Made by a program: the position numbers and the translations under genes. A DNA stretch of 64,000 bases. It comes from Lingula anatina. Taxonomy: Eukaryota > Animalia > Brachiopoda. This document shows, piece after piece, positions 1 through 11,996 of this stretch; positions within the stretch are counted from its first letter, which is position 1, and each line of letters starts with the position of its first letter. Under the pieces are notes generated by a model that did no database searches, had not been told where the DNA came from, and saw only the letters and a program-made list of their open reading frames with translations. Location: assembly GCA_051362555.1 (NCBI GenBank), contig CM120641.1:27224401-27288400 (forward strand). The letters run 5' to 3'.

Positions 1-1016
1 CACGTGAGGCAAGTAAAATATATAGGACACAGGCTTGAAAGAATTCTTATTTCTTAATTTTGCCTCGTATTGCTCGTTATGTTCTCATTTGGTGGCTGTG
101 GCGGTGAGGGGGGGGGGGGGGGGTAAGTGAGTCAGTAGCTACGAGAGAGGAACGTGCCTGCTGTAACTTTCCGATTTCCCCAGGTGATCACTATTCTTCT
201 TTAAAATGGAGGACTAATTACAAGACATATTATATATTAAAAATTTTAGGAAAAAATGTTGCGATATTTAGATAATATCCAACAAAAACCTTTTATTTCT
301 ACTTACCAGTATAACTTGCATGGGGAGTTAGGAACAACTACTGGCATTAATGCACTGACGAATCTGTTGTGATAGCACAAGAACTTGATTATAACTATAC
401 ATTAATAATACTGGCTGGGAACATAATAATATATGCTGATACAAATACGCGTGAAAATGTTGATTGTATTTACGGTTAAAGTCCACCATTATATTCCCAA
501 ACCAGAATGGATTTTTACAAATAAGCAAGGGATTTTGCCTTATAACTGTTGAAAAACTAATCCAATTTTCTATTATGCATACCGTGCAGTAATTGATAAC
601 ATACCTTCAGCATCTACATGTACTTAATTTTTTATGATTTTGCAAATAGATGTTCTCTTTTACATTTGTGTATATAAATAAAGCACCGGCACTTTGTGTA
701 CTGATTTAAATTTGCAGCACTTTTTCGTCATAATAATACTATGTTATTCTTTTCATTAGCTACTGCTCTCACTGTTCTTCTAAAATATATCTTAGCGTTT
801 CGTCGGTGACAACCTCATATAACAAGAAGACTAAAATTGGCTGTATAAATATTCTGCTGTTGTAAAGTGTGACAAAATATTATATTCCTAAGGATGTTGT
901 GGTGCATTTTCGTGTCTGATAAGATCTCTGTATGTACATTACCTTATATTTATGTTATATATGTTTATTTGACACTCTGAAAAAGTTACCCAGTTAATTT
1001 ATTTGACTTTTTCCAG

Positions 1017-4000
1017 GAACCCAAACCTGCCTGCCCCTGTTCTAACACAGTGGCCCAAGTACGACCATGTTCAGCGCGAATACCTCGACCTCAATGAGAA
1101 CATCACTGCCAAATCCAATCTCAAAGCACGTCGAGTTGCCTTCATGACCGACGTGCTTCAAAAGCTGGTGGAACTTCCATCGGAGGGAGTTTGTACAGAA
1201 ACGGGCGATGCCATGGATGACTTGGTTGTGAATACTTTTTACGGCAAAATCAGAGGGAAGCGTGAGGTCGTAAAAGAATGGTACTGGGAAATGTTTCTTG
1301 GCGTTCCCTATGCAGCTCCCCCCATAGGAGAACACCGATTTCTCCCACCAATACCTCCAAAAATGTGGAGCGGCATCCGAAATGCAACGGAATTAGGATA
1401 TTCCTGTCATGGAGGAGCGGTTTTTCCCTCACCCTCTCCTTTAACGTTCCACGAAGATTGTCTCACACTTAATATATATGTGCCTGCAGGAGTGCGAATG
1501 TGGAAAGACGAAAAACTTGCTGTAATGTTATTTATACACGGAGGTGCCTATGTGGTTGGATCAAGTTCAGAGTACGACGGAAGAGCACTTAGCTGGTACG
1601 GACGCGTCATTGTTGTCACCATAAATTATCGCCTCGGAATCTTCGGTTTCGCAAGCACTGGGGACCAGAATGCTCCCGGAAACGTTGGTCTGATGGATCA
1701 GAGTCTTGCAATGCGGTGGGTAAAACAAAACATAGCCTCCTTTGGTGGTGACCCCGAAAGAATAACTATATTTGGAGAATCGGCAGGTGCTGGAAGTGTC
1801 ATATACCAAATGCTTTCACCTATGAGTAAAGGGTTGTTCAAGCGAGCCATAGCAGAAAGCACATGGCTGGGAGCTTGGGACTTACATTTCATCGACCCAG
1901 CAAAAAAGAATAACATAGATTTGATACGCGAGTATGGCATTCATTTCAACTGCAGTTCTTCACCAGTAGACATGATAAGGTGCCTTCGTGATATCAATGC
2001 TTCAGATATAGCTCAATATGCCTCTGCAAACATGTTTTCTCTGCCATTAAAACTATTCACTCCAACTGTTGATCGTGAATTCATGCCCTATTCGCCATCC
2101 GAAACGTTCGATTTGCTTTTAAAATACAAAGACATGATTAAAGAAGATGACATGGTTGACCTACTTATTGGCACAAACAGTGGAGAAGGTTTGTCAGAGT
2201 CTTTTGGCGCAATATTAACGACGTTTCCCAATGGCTCTCAGACGACCAATGGATTAACAGAGAAAGAGTTCGACCAAATCATGAAAGCATATGTTACGCC
2301 AAGCGTAGGCAATAATCTTGAAATAATTCTACCCATGATCCAGAACGCTTATACCAACTGGGAGTCGCCAGACAATCCAATGAGACGACTTCGTGCTTTT
2401 CAAGACGTTATAAGAGATATCACATATGTGGCCGGGTCAGATTTGGCAGCACAGGTGCATTCTACCTTAGGAGGCAACACGTACGTGTATAGGTTTGCAC
2501 ACGAACCCAGTTTTGGCCATTTATTCCTCGGGACATATGGGCTGCCTACTGAACCAATCTATGGTTTAGCTGACCATGGGGAAGAACTTACCTACGTGTT
2601 TGGTCAGCCTTTATTCACTGATGTTGTCCCTATGAATGTTTCCTCAAGAGACGTTGAAGTGTCAAGACAAATGATAGCTTACTGGTCAAACTTTGCCAGA
2701 TATGGGTAAGGCCTTACAATACCGGAAGAATAGATGATACCGAAATCGTAGTGGTATTTTAATTAATTAAAATAAAATTTCTATTAATATTTAACTGTGA
2801 AGATCCTAAATAAACCTTTGAGACAAATAGGCAGAAATAATAATTTCAAGTCGAGATATAGAAAAATATTTCAGAAGTTTTTGATGTGACAATGATTTGC
2901 TGCCATAGGCCTACTGCCATTAGTAAAACAGATTTCTTTAAATTTCTGTAGTCCATTGAAATTATTACCTTGTGTATTTTCAGTTCTCCCAATGGTCCTA
3001 CAGTTCCAGTCCATTGGCCTCAGTACGAAACATCCATGACGTCATACATGTACATCGGAAACGAGACCGAAGTAAAACAAAATCTGGGTGGTTCCCGAGT
3101 CCAGCTATTGAAAAACGTAGTGAGACGCCTCGCTGACTCTGGCAATTGTCCTGCAACGTCAAAAACTATGTACACACCAGCTCCCTCTAACGGTTCGTGG
3201 ATAATGCAGTATATCATGCCGGATCAGCCTGAGGTCAATACCCGTGTTGGGCGTGTGAGAGGACTTGCTCTGCGGGCCAGCGCTTTTACTGGTGGAAAAG
3301 ATTTAGACCTTTTCCTAGGTATTCCCTACGCTAAGCCACCAACAGGTGATCGCAGATTCAAAAAGCCAGAACCATCAACTGCTTGGACTGAAACCCTCAA
3401 TGCAACAATGAGCGCACCACCTTGCCTTCAACTCCCGTCAGATTTTATGATGGTGCTTGGTTTGAATCACACCAGTGAAGATTGTTTATATGTGTCGGTC
3501 GTCGTGCCTCGAGGAACCGTAGTAAATGATAAGAAGCCTGTTGTTGCCTTAATTCATGGTGGCTTCTTTATAAACGGCAGTCCAGATGAACATTCACTGG
3601 GAATTTTCTCTTCTTTGGGCGATGTCATTACTGTAAGCATTAATTATAGACTCGGTATGCTTGGATTTATGTCGACTGGAGATGACACTTTGAAAGGGAA
3701 CCTCGGACTCTATGACATGGTGGCTGCAACAAAATGGATAAAAGAGAACATTGCTTCTTTCGGTGGCAATCCAGACAAAATAACCCTTTTTGGTACTGGA
3801 TCTGCAGGACTGGCAGTACTTAATATGATGGTCTCCCCTATGGCAAAAGATTATTTCCATCAGGCTGTCATCACGGGCCCTACCACGCCTTACGCTGCAC
3901 AAACGCCGGCTGCATTAGCGGAAATAAGCAGGAATTTTTCTGCTGGTATTGGATGCCGACAGGAATCGAGCTCAGAGCTTATAGAATGTCTGAGAAGTAA

Positions 4001-5314
4001 ACCAGCCGATGCATTCATTTACAAGGGAAATCCTTACCTGGCAAACCACGTATTCCTTGTCACTGATGGAGAACTAATAAAAAGTGATCTTGTAACAGCG
4101 TATACTACCAGTACTCAACTGAAGCCTCTTGTGATTGGAAGTACGTCAGACTATGCTGGTATCTTCCTTCAACAATATCTTGGTTACAGAGATTCTATGA
4201 CCCAGCAAGAAGTCGACGCTTCTATTGATATGACAATTGAAGCAGTTTTTCCCAAATCAGGAATGAAGGACCTTTTGAAAGCCATGATTAAACAGCAGTT
4301 TTTTTCATCAGAAATCAAAAATGATAAAGATAGACTGATGGCTCTCTTACACTTCTATAACAGCATGCACAAGTACGGCTGGTTGTATATGCTTGGTGTA
4401 GGGCACGCATCCCATGGTGGAGACGTGTATATGTACGAATTTAATCATCGTCCACAGTGGTCATGGTACCCCGAATGGATTGGCGCCACCTTCCGAGACG
4501 ACATCGGGTTTTTAGAAGGCTTACCGTTCGACAAACCACTTCTGGCTGAATTATCATTGTCAGTCACAGACCGAGAAGAAATGATCAGTGGGGCTCTCAT
4601 GTCGTATATCGGAAACTTTGTTGGAACAAGGTAGGCTGGCTAGGCATCATCAATAGTTTCTTGACTGATACATCTAGATTCGAGTTAAGATGTTAGCAGC
4701 AGATAAAAACCTGTATACTGAGCTAAAGAATTTTGGTCGTGTTTTGCGTATTTCAAATTTCCCATTATTGCAAACAAACATCGAATTTAACTTGATTATT
4801 ATACTTATTTACCGAAAGTATTTTATCAAAAATCCCTTCTTCTTTTTGTAGTAATCCAAACCAAGGCAATTTCCCAGTGTCCGTGGAATGGCCAAAGTTT
4901 GGTGAAGATGATCCAAACTACCTCTTGGCAGGTCTACGATTCATGGCAGCAGACATGAGGGACATGATGGGCCAAGAACAAATACGTTTCTGGCATGGTG
5001 AAGGAAAAAATAATTCCATACTGGACCAAGTTGCTACTATGAAGATGGACGCCCAAACAATGAGTACTTCAGCACCTACTATGCCCCCTGCTGCAACATG
5101 CCCACCCGCGTTGGGGAGCTCTGATTTCCTGAATTCAATGAATCTTGGTGTCAAAGGAGTAGAGGATCTTGTCTTGGCGCTCATTGTTATAGCTTCTGCG
5201 TTGGGTCTTTTCCTCATAATTGCAGTAGGGTATGTGTGCGTACTGAACGGCAGGGTTGGGAAACTTAAACAAGCTGCTTTCTCTACATCAAAGACTGAGC
5301 TATCCAAGATGTGA
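1017..5314 (+). CDS. Multi-domain carboxylesterase (type B/cholinesterase fold) membrane protein, copy 1; 5'-partial (first exon lies upstream of the window)
   Basis: Exons B1 1017-2705, C1 2984-4630 and D1 4852-5314. All introns are GT-AG phase 2 and restore G|NPN or S|NPN-type junctions. B1 has EDCLTLN, HGGAY, GESAG, GTNSGEG and ADHGEE. C1 has EDCLY, but FGTGSAG and ATFRDD in place of the catalytic motifs. D1 has a Thr/Pro stalk, a TM helix (LVLALIVIASALGLFLIIAVGYVCVL) and a short tail. Confidence 0.9.
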
Positions 5315-6175
5315 AGTGGAAATTTGCAAAATTTATATTTAATCAATCATTCAATGAGGAAATGAAAATAGTATTTGAGAAATGAAACAAAGAAAGACAT
5401 GTTTCGGTGTACAAACAAATTTTTAAGAAAACGCTTAAAGAAACAAAAAAAGAGTAGGAGTATTTTGTTAATACTGAAATACATTCTACCTCGTTATTCT
5501 TTTGTTTTATATATTCATCAACTATGTTTAGATATAAGATGGGAAATTTATTGTTCAATGAAAGTTTTTGATTCCATTATAAGGTTATTTGAAGTTAGAT
5601 ATGATTTCCATACTTTGTTAAGAAAGTACTTATTCGAATTACCCTATTATACAATATGTATTAACGGTTTTGTTATTTAAAAGGACGACGGATCTATAAT
5701 ATAGAATGATTACATTGTGGATTAAGGAAATGCTTTAGTTGAGAATTTAAAATAAGAGAAAATATGCATATTACTCTGGAATTCCGTCGTGTATCCATAC
5801 TTTATTTGGAACACTAAACGACGATCGACTTTCTTCTCAGTAGGTCGTTTCATTGCGTTAAGGTCCTAACAGGGTGATAGCTACAGTACAGGACATACTT
5901 TACCCATTTACAACAACTGGGCAATAAGTAAAAGGTGCGGCCCTTTTCGTAATTAGGTTATACCATTTTCACCCATTTGTGTCAAAGCTTGACTAAAGTT
6001 TTATAATTATTTCTGTGATTAATTCTATAGTAAATAAACGGATTGAACAGATCATTAATCTGCATGGTTATTTTTAGTCAATAGGTTTCCAATTTTAATC
6101 AACATCATAGAGATACTATGTAAAAGACAAATTTTGGGCACACGTTGAGCAATGCCTGCAGCTGCCTTTCAGAAT

Positions 6176-6209
<34 letters not shown>

Positions 6210-6310
6210 CAAATCGGTTTATTAAACTTATTGATCAGTAAGACTATAGATATAATATAATATAATATAATATAATATAATATAATATAATATAATATAA
6301 TATAATATAT
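6176..6310. repeat. Poly-T tract (6176-6207) and (TAATA)n microsatellite (~6250-6308)
   Basis: Directly visible in the sequence. Confidence 0.9.
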
Positions 6311-7096
6311 ATGGCTCAGACTTGAGTGTTATTGTCCAAGGGGTCCATTTCACGCATTTGCCTCTCACCTTCTGCCACCTGTTCACATTACATCATATAT
6401 CATATATCATAAACTAAATATTGTGAGGGAGAAGAATGATAGATCTGAAAACTGTTTGAAAGATATTTGTTATTTTATGAGATGTATTTTTAATTCAATT
6501 CTCTTGAGTGTCGTTAAGGTAATGCACAAAAGCTCAGTTTAAGGTCCTCTTCACGGATATGTTTTTTTTTTCTGAGAAAAAGGGCAATTATTGCCTAACC
6601 ACGAATCATTGCCTGATCCGTCCATGCACTTGGATTCGAAATCTTACTCCATTTTTAATTTGACAATTGAGTTCTAGATGACTGACCAGTTATTAAGAGC
6701 GACATCTGTCTCAACGTGCATTACCTCGTTTTCACACAAGAAAATGGCGCGGTGTTTTGTATCTCATACAGCCGTTGCGAGTTGTCAATGACTGCCCGAG
6801 AATTCCAAGTAAATAATGCCGACACTAGGTTCCCTTCAGAAAAGAATTTAAAGGGTAATATCGCCCTCAAGGTCCAAATGGGGATATCTTGACATGACAC
6901 AAATATGCCCGTGGCGGATTACTTAACTGCGTAGACATCCTTTAAAGCAAATATTTACCACTAATATGTTACTGTTTGACAATAAGATTAAGAGATAGTT
7001 GTATTGAGGGTCAATTGTATAAGAAGACACAAAGTAGTTCTTCCGACATTTTGGTAAAGCTATCCCTAACGTTACCCAAACGGGTGTACCAGAAAT

Positions 7097-8505
7097 ATGT
7101 TCAATACTATAATCCCTGTGGTCTTCCTCTTTCAAGTTGCCTATTCACAGAGTGTTGTTCAAGTTCAGCAGGGCGATGTAATCGGCACAACAAAAACGAT
7201 TGGTAACACGACGGTGCATGCATACCTTGGGATACCCTATGCCGAGCCACCCCTAGGTGACCTACGGTTCAAGAAACCAGTACCTAAGGCTGCTTGGAGT
7301 TCCCCACTGAATGCCACCGAGTATGGACCGATATGCTTTCAAATGAACGCCATGTTTCCTAGCTCTGAGGACTGTCTGACACTTAATGTTCACGTACCAC
7401 AGGATAATAACACCGCCCCTAAAGCGGTCATGGTTTGGGTTCATGGCGGAGGGTTTGTCGTGGGCAGTGCCAGAGCAATGGATCCTGTAGGTCTAGCCCT
7501 GGCAGACGTTATCACAGTTAGTGTCAACTACCGTTTGGGCATGTTTGGCTTTCTTACTATCGTGGACGAGGTAAAAGGTAATTTCGGACTTTGGGACCAA
7601 CACCTCGCTTTCAGATGGATAAATAATAACATTGCTGCCTTCGGAGGGGACCCCAACAGAATCACGATATTCGGAGAATCTGCAGGCGGTATGAGCGTGT
7701 CTTTCCATGCTATGTCTCCAATGAGTAACGGACTGTTCCATCGTGTCATAAGCCAAAGCGGGGTTGGCAGTCAATATTTTGTCCTTCGACCGAGTCCCAC
7801 AATTATCACTTCTCTGAGCAAAACTTCGAATTGTAACACCACCGATTCGGCGGCTTTGCTATCTTGTCTTAAAGGTAAAAGTGCCCAAGATCTTCTTGCT
7901 GTCTCTAATACCTTTGAACAGTATTGGAGGCCAAACATGGATAACGAGTTTATAACTGGAAACGTTGAAAGCTCATCAAACCTTCTGCCAGAACAATATG
8001 GAAACCTTGATTTTTTGATGGGAAGTAATAGTCGTGATGGTACTGTCGGAATCGCGGTGCCTTCCGAAGCTGAAAATGGTTATACAGAGTCAACTTTCCG
8101 CAGATATGTCGACCGTATGTTAACTGGGAGATTGGACAAAGATATCATTGAAAGGGCGTTGATACAAGAGTACACTGCAGATGTCTGTAATCCAGATAAC
8201 AGAACGCGCGTACAGCAAAAAATAGAAATCTCTACGGACCTCTTTTTTACAGTCCCTACCGAGTTGAACGCTCTCAAACATGACAGAACCAACGGTACTG
8301 GTTCCACGTTCGTATATTTTCTCTCCATAAACACGTGCCACAAACTACCGCCCACGGTGTCTTGGCTTGATGGAGCTGGACATGCCGACGACCTAATCTA
8401 CATTAATGGTCTGGTTAGTGTTTTGTGCAACGGTAGCGCAACACCTGCTGATTTTGCCCTACAGACTGCTATGATAACTTATTGGACCAACTTTGCTAAA
8501 TCTGG
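7097..8505 (+). CDS. Carboxylesterase first exon A1 (signal peptide plus most of domain 1)
   Basis: ATG at 7097, signal peptide MFNTIIPVVFLFQVAYSQ, motifs HGGG, GESAG, GSNSRDG and GAGHADD. Ends ...NFAKSG with phase-2 donor GG|GTAAG at 8505/8506, compatible with the exon B2 acceptor at 18138. Confidence 0.85.
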
Positions 8506-9386
8506 GTAAGTTATTCAGTTAAGAATACGAGATTTTTACTGTGGTTTGAAGCAGGCTATTGACATCTGACATGGCAAAGGTAACACAGATATGTTAACAG
8601 GGGAATTTCATGCTTTGAGAGATAAATCATAGTTCCCTTTATAGCAAGTTAAGTTTCCATAAATGAATAAAGTTTTTCTAATCAATAGCGTTGAACACCC
8701 AAACCCAATATAGAGGTGCATTTCACAAGTTCAAGCCTCAAAAAATGAAATTGAATGAATTCGATGTATTATCCAATTTTTTAAAACTTGCATGTGTATA
8801 GAACAAAAATCTACAAATGTCCCAATTTTACGACCACGCGTTTCTGTTTTGTAAGCAAATAAATTGATAACCGTTTGAAGTAAAAAAGCATAAGAAAGAA
8901 CATACGTTAACACTAAATCGCCTGATACAAACACGATCATTAGTTGAGCGCTGTGGAAATTTGTGCAAGCTAAACACTATCAGAACCCTAAGAGTCATTA
9001 ATAATGGAAAAGTGATAGGAAAATACATTTAAATTGACCAGATCTAGGAAAATTACTTTCAAACTAAAGATCATTTTTCTTTACAATGTCCACGTTGATG
9101 ACTCTTTCAATAGCAGTAATTGTCAATTGTATAGAGAAATGAAAACTTTGTTACCTAAAAGTTATCTACCACTGGTCATATTCGTCGTGAATTTAAAACT
9201 CATTGACAGTTTCAAATTTTGGGTTTATTAGTTACAATACCAACTACGCCTCGCATCCTTCGCATTCCGTAATGTAACGTACGTTCCACAGCCATAGAAA
9301 AGATACGGGACACGAGTTCAATAAATATTGATAAGATATTTTTTTCGCTTTTTTTCGTAAAAAGACATCAAAAGTGATAACCTTGG

Positions 9387-9534
9387 GGGCTTCGTATCTC
9401 GAAAGGTTCGCTATGTTGCGCACGTGCGCAAGTGTCTCGATTCCATGGTCCCGTATGTCGAAATAGAATCGGTTATGGAATTGAGACGCTTTCGCACGTG
9501 CGCAACACAGCGAACCTTTCGAGATACGGAGCCC
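9387..9534. mobile_element. Foldback MITE with ~60-bp arms
   Basis: GGGCTTCGTATCTCGAAAGGTTCGCT...TTCCAT is the near-perfect inverse of ATGGAA...AGCGAACCTTTCGAGATACGGAGCCC. Confidence 0.8.
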
Positions 9535-9893
9535 AGGATTTTGTTAGGAAGGATGAGAAGCAAAATGATTTTAACGACGGAGGGCATTTTACTAAAACAC
9601 AATGGACACAGGCATAAAAGAATTCTTAGTTTTGCCTTGTTTTGCTCGTCATGTTTTCATTTGGAACATTATTTTAAAAAATATTTACCGAACAAGCTGA
9701 AGTGTAGCCTCAATTACTAAAAATATTTATTTGATATGGAAAATTTGCTTGAACCAGTCTTATTTTATTAACACTGTGAATGACACATTCTCCATCGTCA
9801 TCGTTGAATTACCATTATTATTACATCCCTAATCTTATTTAACAATCTTATTGTTTAGGCCTGGTTTAAGTTTGTTTAAGTAATGATAGCCAT

Positions 9894-10050
9894 CCCCGGC
9901 AGGCAAAGTCGCGTTGGATCAACGTTGCAAACAGGTTGATACGTTGAATTGCCGTTGTTCTACCTAAATTCAACCTAAAATCAACGTTGATCCAGCCACG
10001 TCGAAACACCGTCATAATGTGACGTTGACGCAACGTTGTAGTTTGGTCAT
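9894..10050. repeat. Repeat fragment with multiple (A)ACGTTG motifs, resembling DNA-transposon subterminal repeats
   Basis: CAACGTTG/CGTTG recurs many times within ~150 bp. The family is not assigned. Confidence 0.45.
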
Positions 10051-11223
10051 GGACACAACCTTGCAGACATGAATTGTAATTTAAAATATTAATTGTTGAA
10101 AACGTGATACTTTGTTTATCAATACTGTAACTAACTTTATCATAATTCTGACCATTGCTGATCTCCTCCGGTACCCTTTATTGACCGTACTTTATATAGT
10201 GTGATCACACTGTCAGTCTTCCTCATGTTGCACGCTGCAGTTAAATTGTCCTTGCGCCACTGCTAAATATTTTCTTCTATTCTGTTGTTTATATAAACCT
10301 TCTCATTTATTTTTGAATATTATAATCTCATTACCCATTGTGCGCTCTTAGAAACGGGGGATTTAGCAATATGCCTCATAACTATTACAGGACGCCCTTT
10401 TTTCTTATTGTTGTTAAAAAATGGACGTTAGTTTGTCGAGGTTTATTGCTTAGCTCTTAACGCGTTATATTTATGTGCATCTAAACGATATGTCAGTTTT
10501 TACTTGACTGATATTTCCCCTTGTCGCAAGTATGCTTTCTTACTACATGCGATCTAAAACAGGTCGTTTGTGTATCTAAAATCTGGCCGACAGGACGTAT
10601 CTCCACAGCAGCCGGACACACAGTAACTGTGAAGTCATGGTTTTAAAGCTTGTTTGAGAATGATAACAACCGCGTTTAACAATACATTGCGAGCTATAGT
10701 ACCCCCTCCTCTTTAAGCGTCGTACTATAATGTAAAGGCGACAAGTTATCAGATTGTCAGGCTTTTTCCCTGTCGCACATTGGTCTTCAATTATCATGTC
10801 CCCATTCTACCACATTAGTCTTACATGTAGTGTGTTATGAGAAGCGGAGGATTTCTAACACAGCAAAAGAAATGGGGGTGCGGGGGGGGGGGGGTACAAC
10901 ATCAAAAGGATTTTTAAAGGAATTGCCTAATAGGTTGATGTGTTATTTGAACCAAAACGATTTCCTGAAGATCAAATTAAAAATTAATATCTATTCCAAA
11001 AAAGGTGTATATTAAAATATCAATGAGTTTGCATTTAATGTTATCCCTCCTTAAGGGGCCATGTGCTGATTATAATGGCACACCTTGATGCTAAACAGTC
11101 TATCGTTTCTTCCACCTTGGGTCCCTTATATTCAAGTACCATATTGTATTACTCATATTCAGGCCTACCCACATACCAGACTCGGCACATAAGGATCCTG
11201 ACTTACCCGGTATATCGGACCAC

Positions 11224-11370
11224 ACTACCCGTTTTCAAGGTGTGTGTCAGATCGCATTTCGGAATATCATATCCCGAACAAAGTTTGTAGGACGACCGCA
11301 AGCTCATCCTGTCGGTGTTCTGACTGATACTCCGAAATGCGATCTGACATAAACCTTAAAAACGGGTAGT
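11224..11370. mobile_element. Foldback MITE
   Basis: ACTACCCGTTTTCAAGG...TGTCAGATCGCATTTCGGA is inverse to TCCGAAATGCGATCTGACA...CCTTAAAAACGGGTAGT. Confidence 0.8.
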
Positions 11371-11498
11371 CCTAAATTGCTATCAGCCGAGCTCGCACAG
11401 AAGTTAATTATCCCTTTACAGCTTTTAGTAGGCGGGACAGACATTTAAACAGCTAAGCTGACAGCAATCTAGTGAGACTCCCAACAGGGATAGATCGA
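11371..11498 (+). mobile_element. Partial (right-half) copy of the MITE family found at 52924-53360
   Basis: CCTAAATTGC...CAGCCGAGC...AGTTAATTA...TTACAGCTTTTAGTAGGCGGG...GCTAAGCTGACAG..ATCTAGTGAGACTCC matches 53208-53336. Confidence 0.8.
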
Positions 11499-11996
11499 AT
11501 CATTACCTGACCCGTCCGTGCACTTGGATTCGACGTCTTACTCCATTTTTAATTTAACATTTATTGATGACTGACCAGCCATAAAGAGCGGCGTGTGAGA
11601 AAATGGTGCGGTGTTTTGTATCGCAACTCTGCACCGTGTATCATGCAGCCGTTGCAAGTTGTCAATGACTGGCCGAGAATTACCCCAAGATAATGCCGAC
11701 ACAAAGTTCGCTTCAGAAAAGAATTTTAAGGGTATTATCGCCTTAAAGGTCCAAATGGGGATATCTTAACATGATACAAATATGCCCGTGGCGGATTATT
11801 TAACAGCGTAGACATCCTTTAAAACAAATATTTACTACTGATATGTTAATGTTTGACAATAAGATTAAGAAATAGTTGTATTGAGGGTCAATTGTATAAG
11901 AAGACACAAAGTAGTTCTCCCGACATTTTGGTAAAGTTATCCCTACCGTTACCCAAACGGGTATACCAGAAATATGTTCAATACTATTATAATCTC
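11497..11996 (+). promoter_or_regulatory. Duplicated upstream/putative promoter region of the A-type exon (copy of 6603-7115)
   Basis: Alignable from GAATCATT(G/A)CCTGA through ...CCAGAAATATGTTCAATACTAT in both places. Promoter function is inferred from position only. Confidence 0.7.

Noticed and set aside
5303-5314. C-terminal SKM as a peroxisomal PTS1 signal
   Set aside because: The protein is a predicted type-I membrane protein, and the paralog ends TKM.
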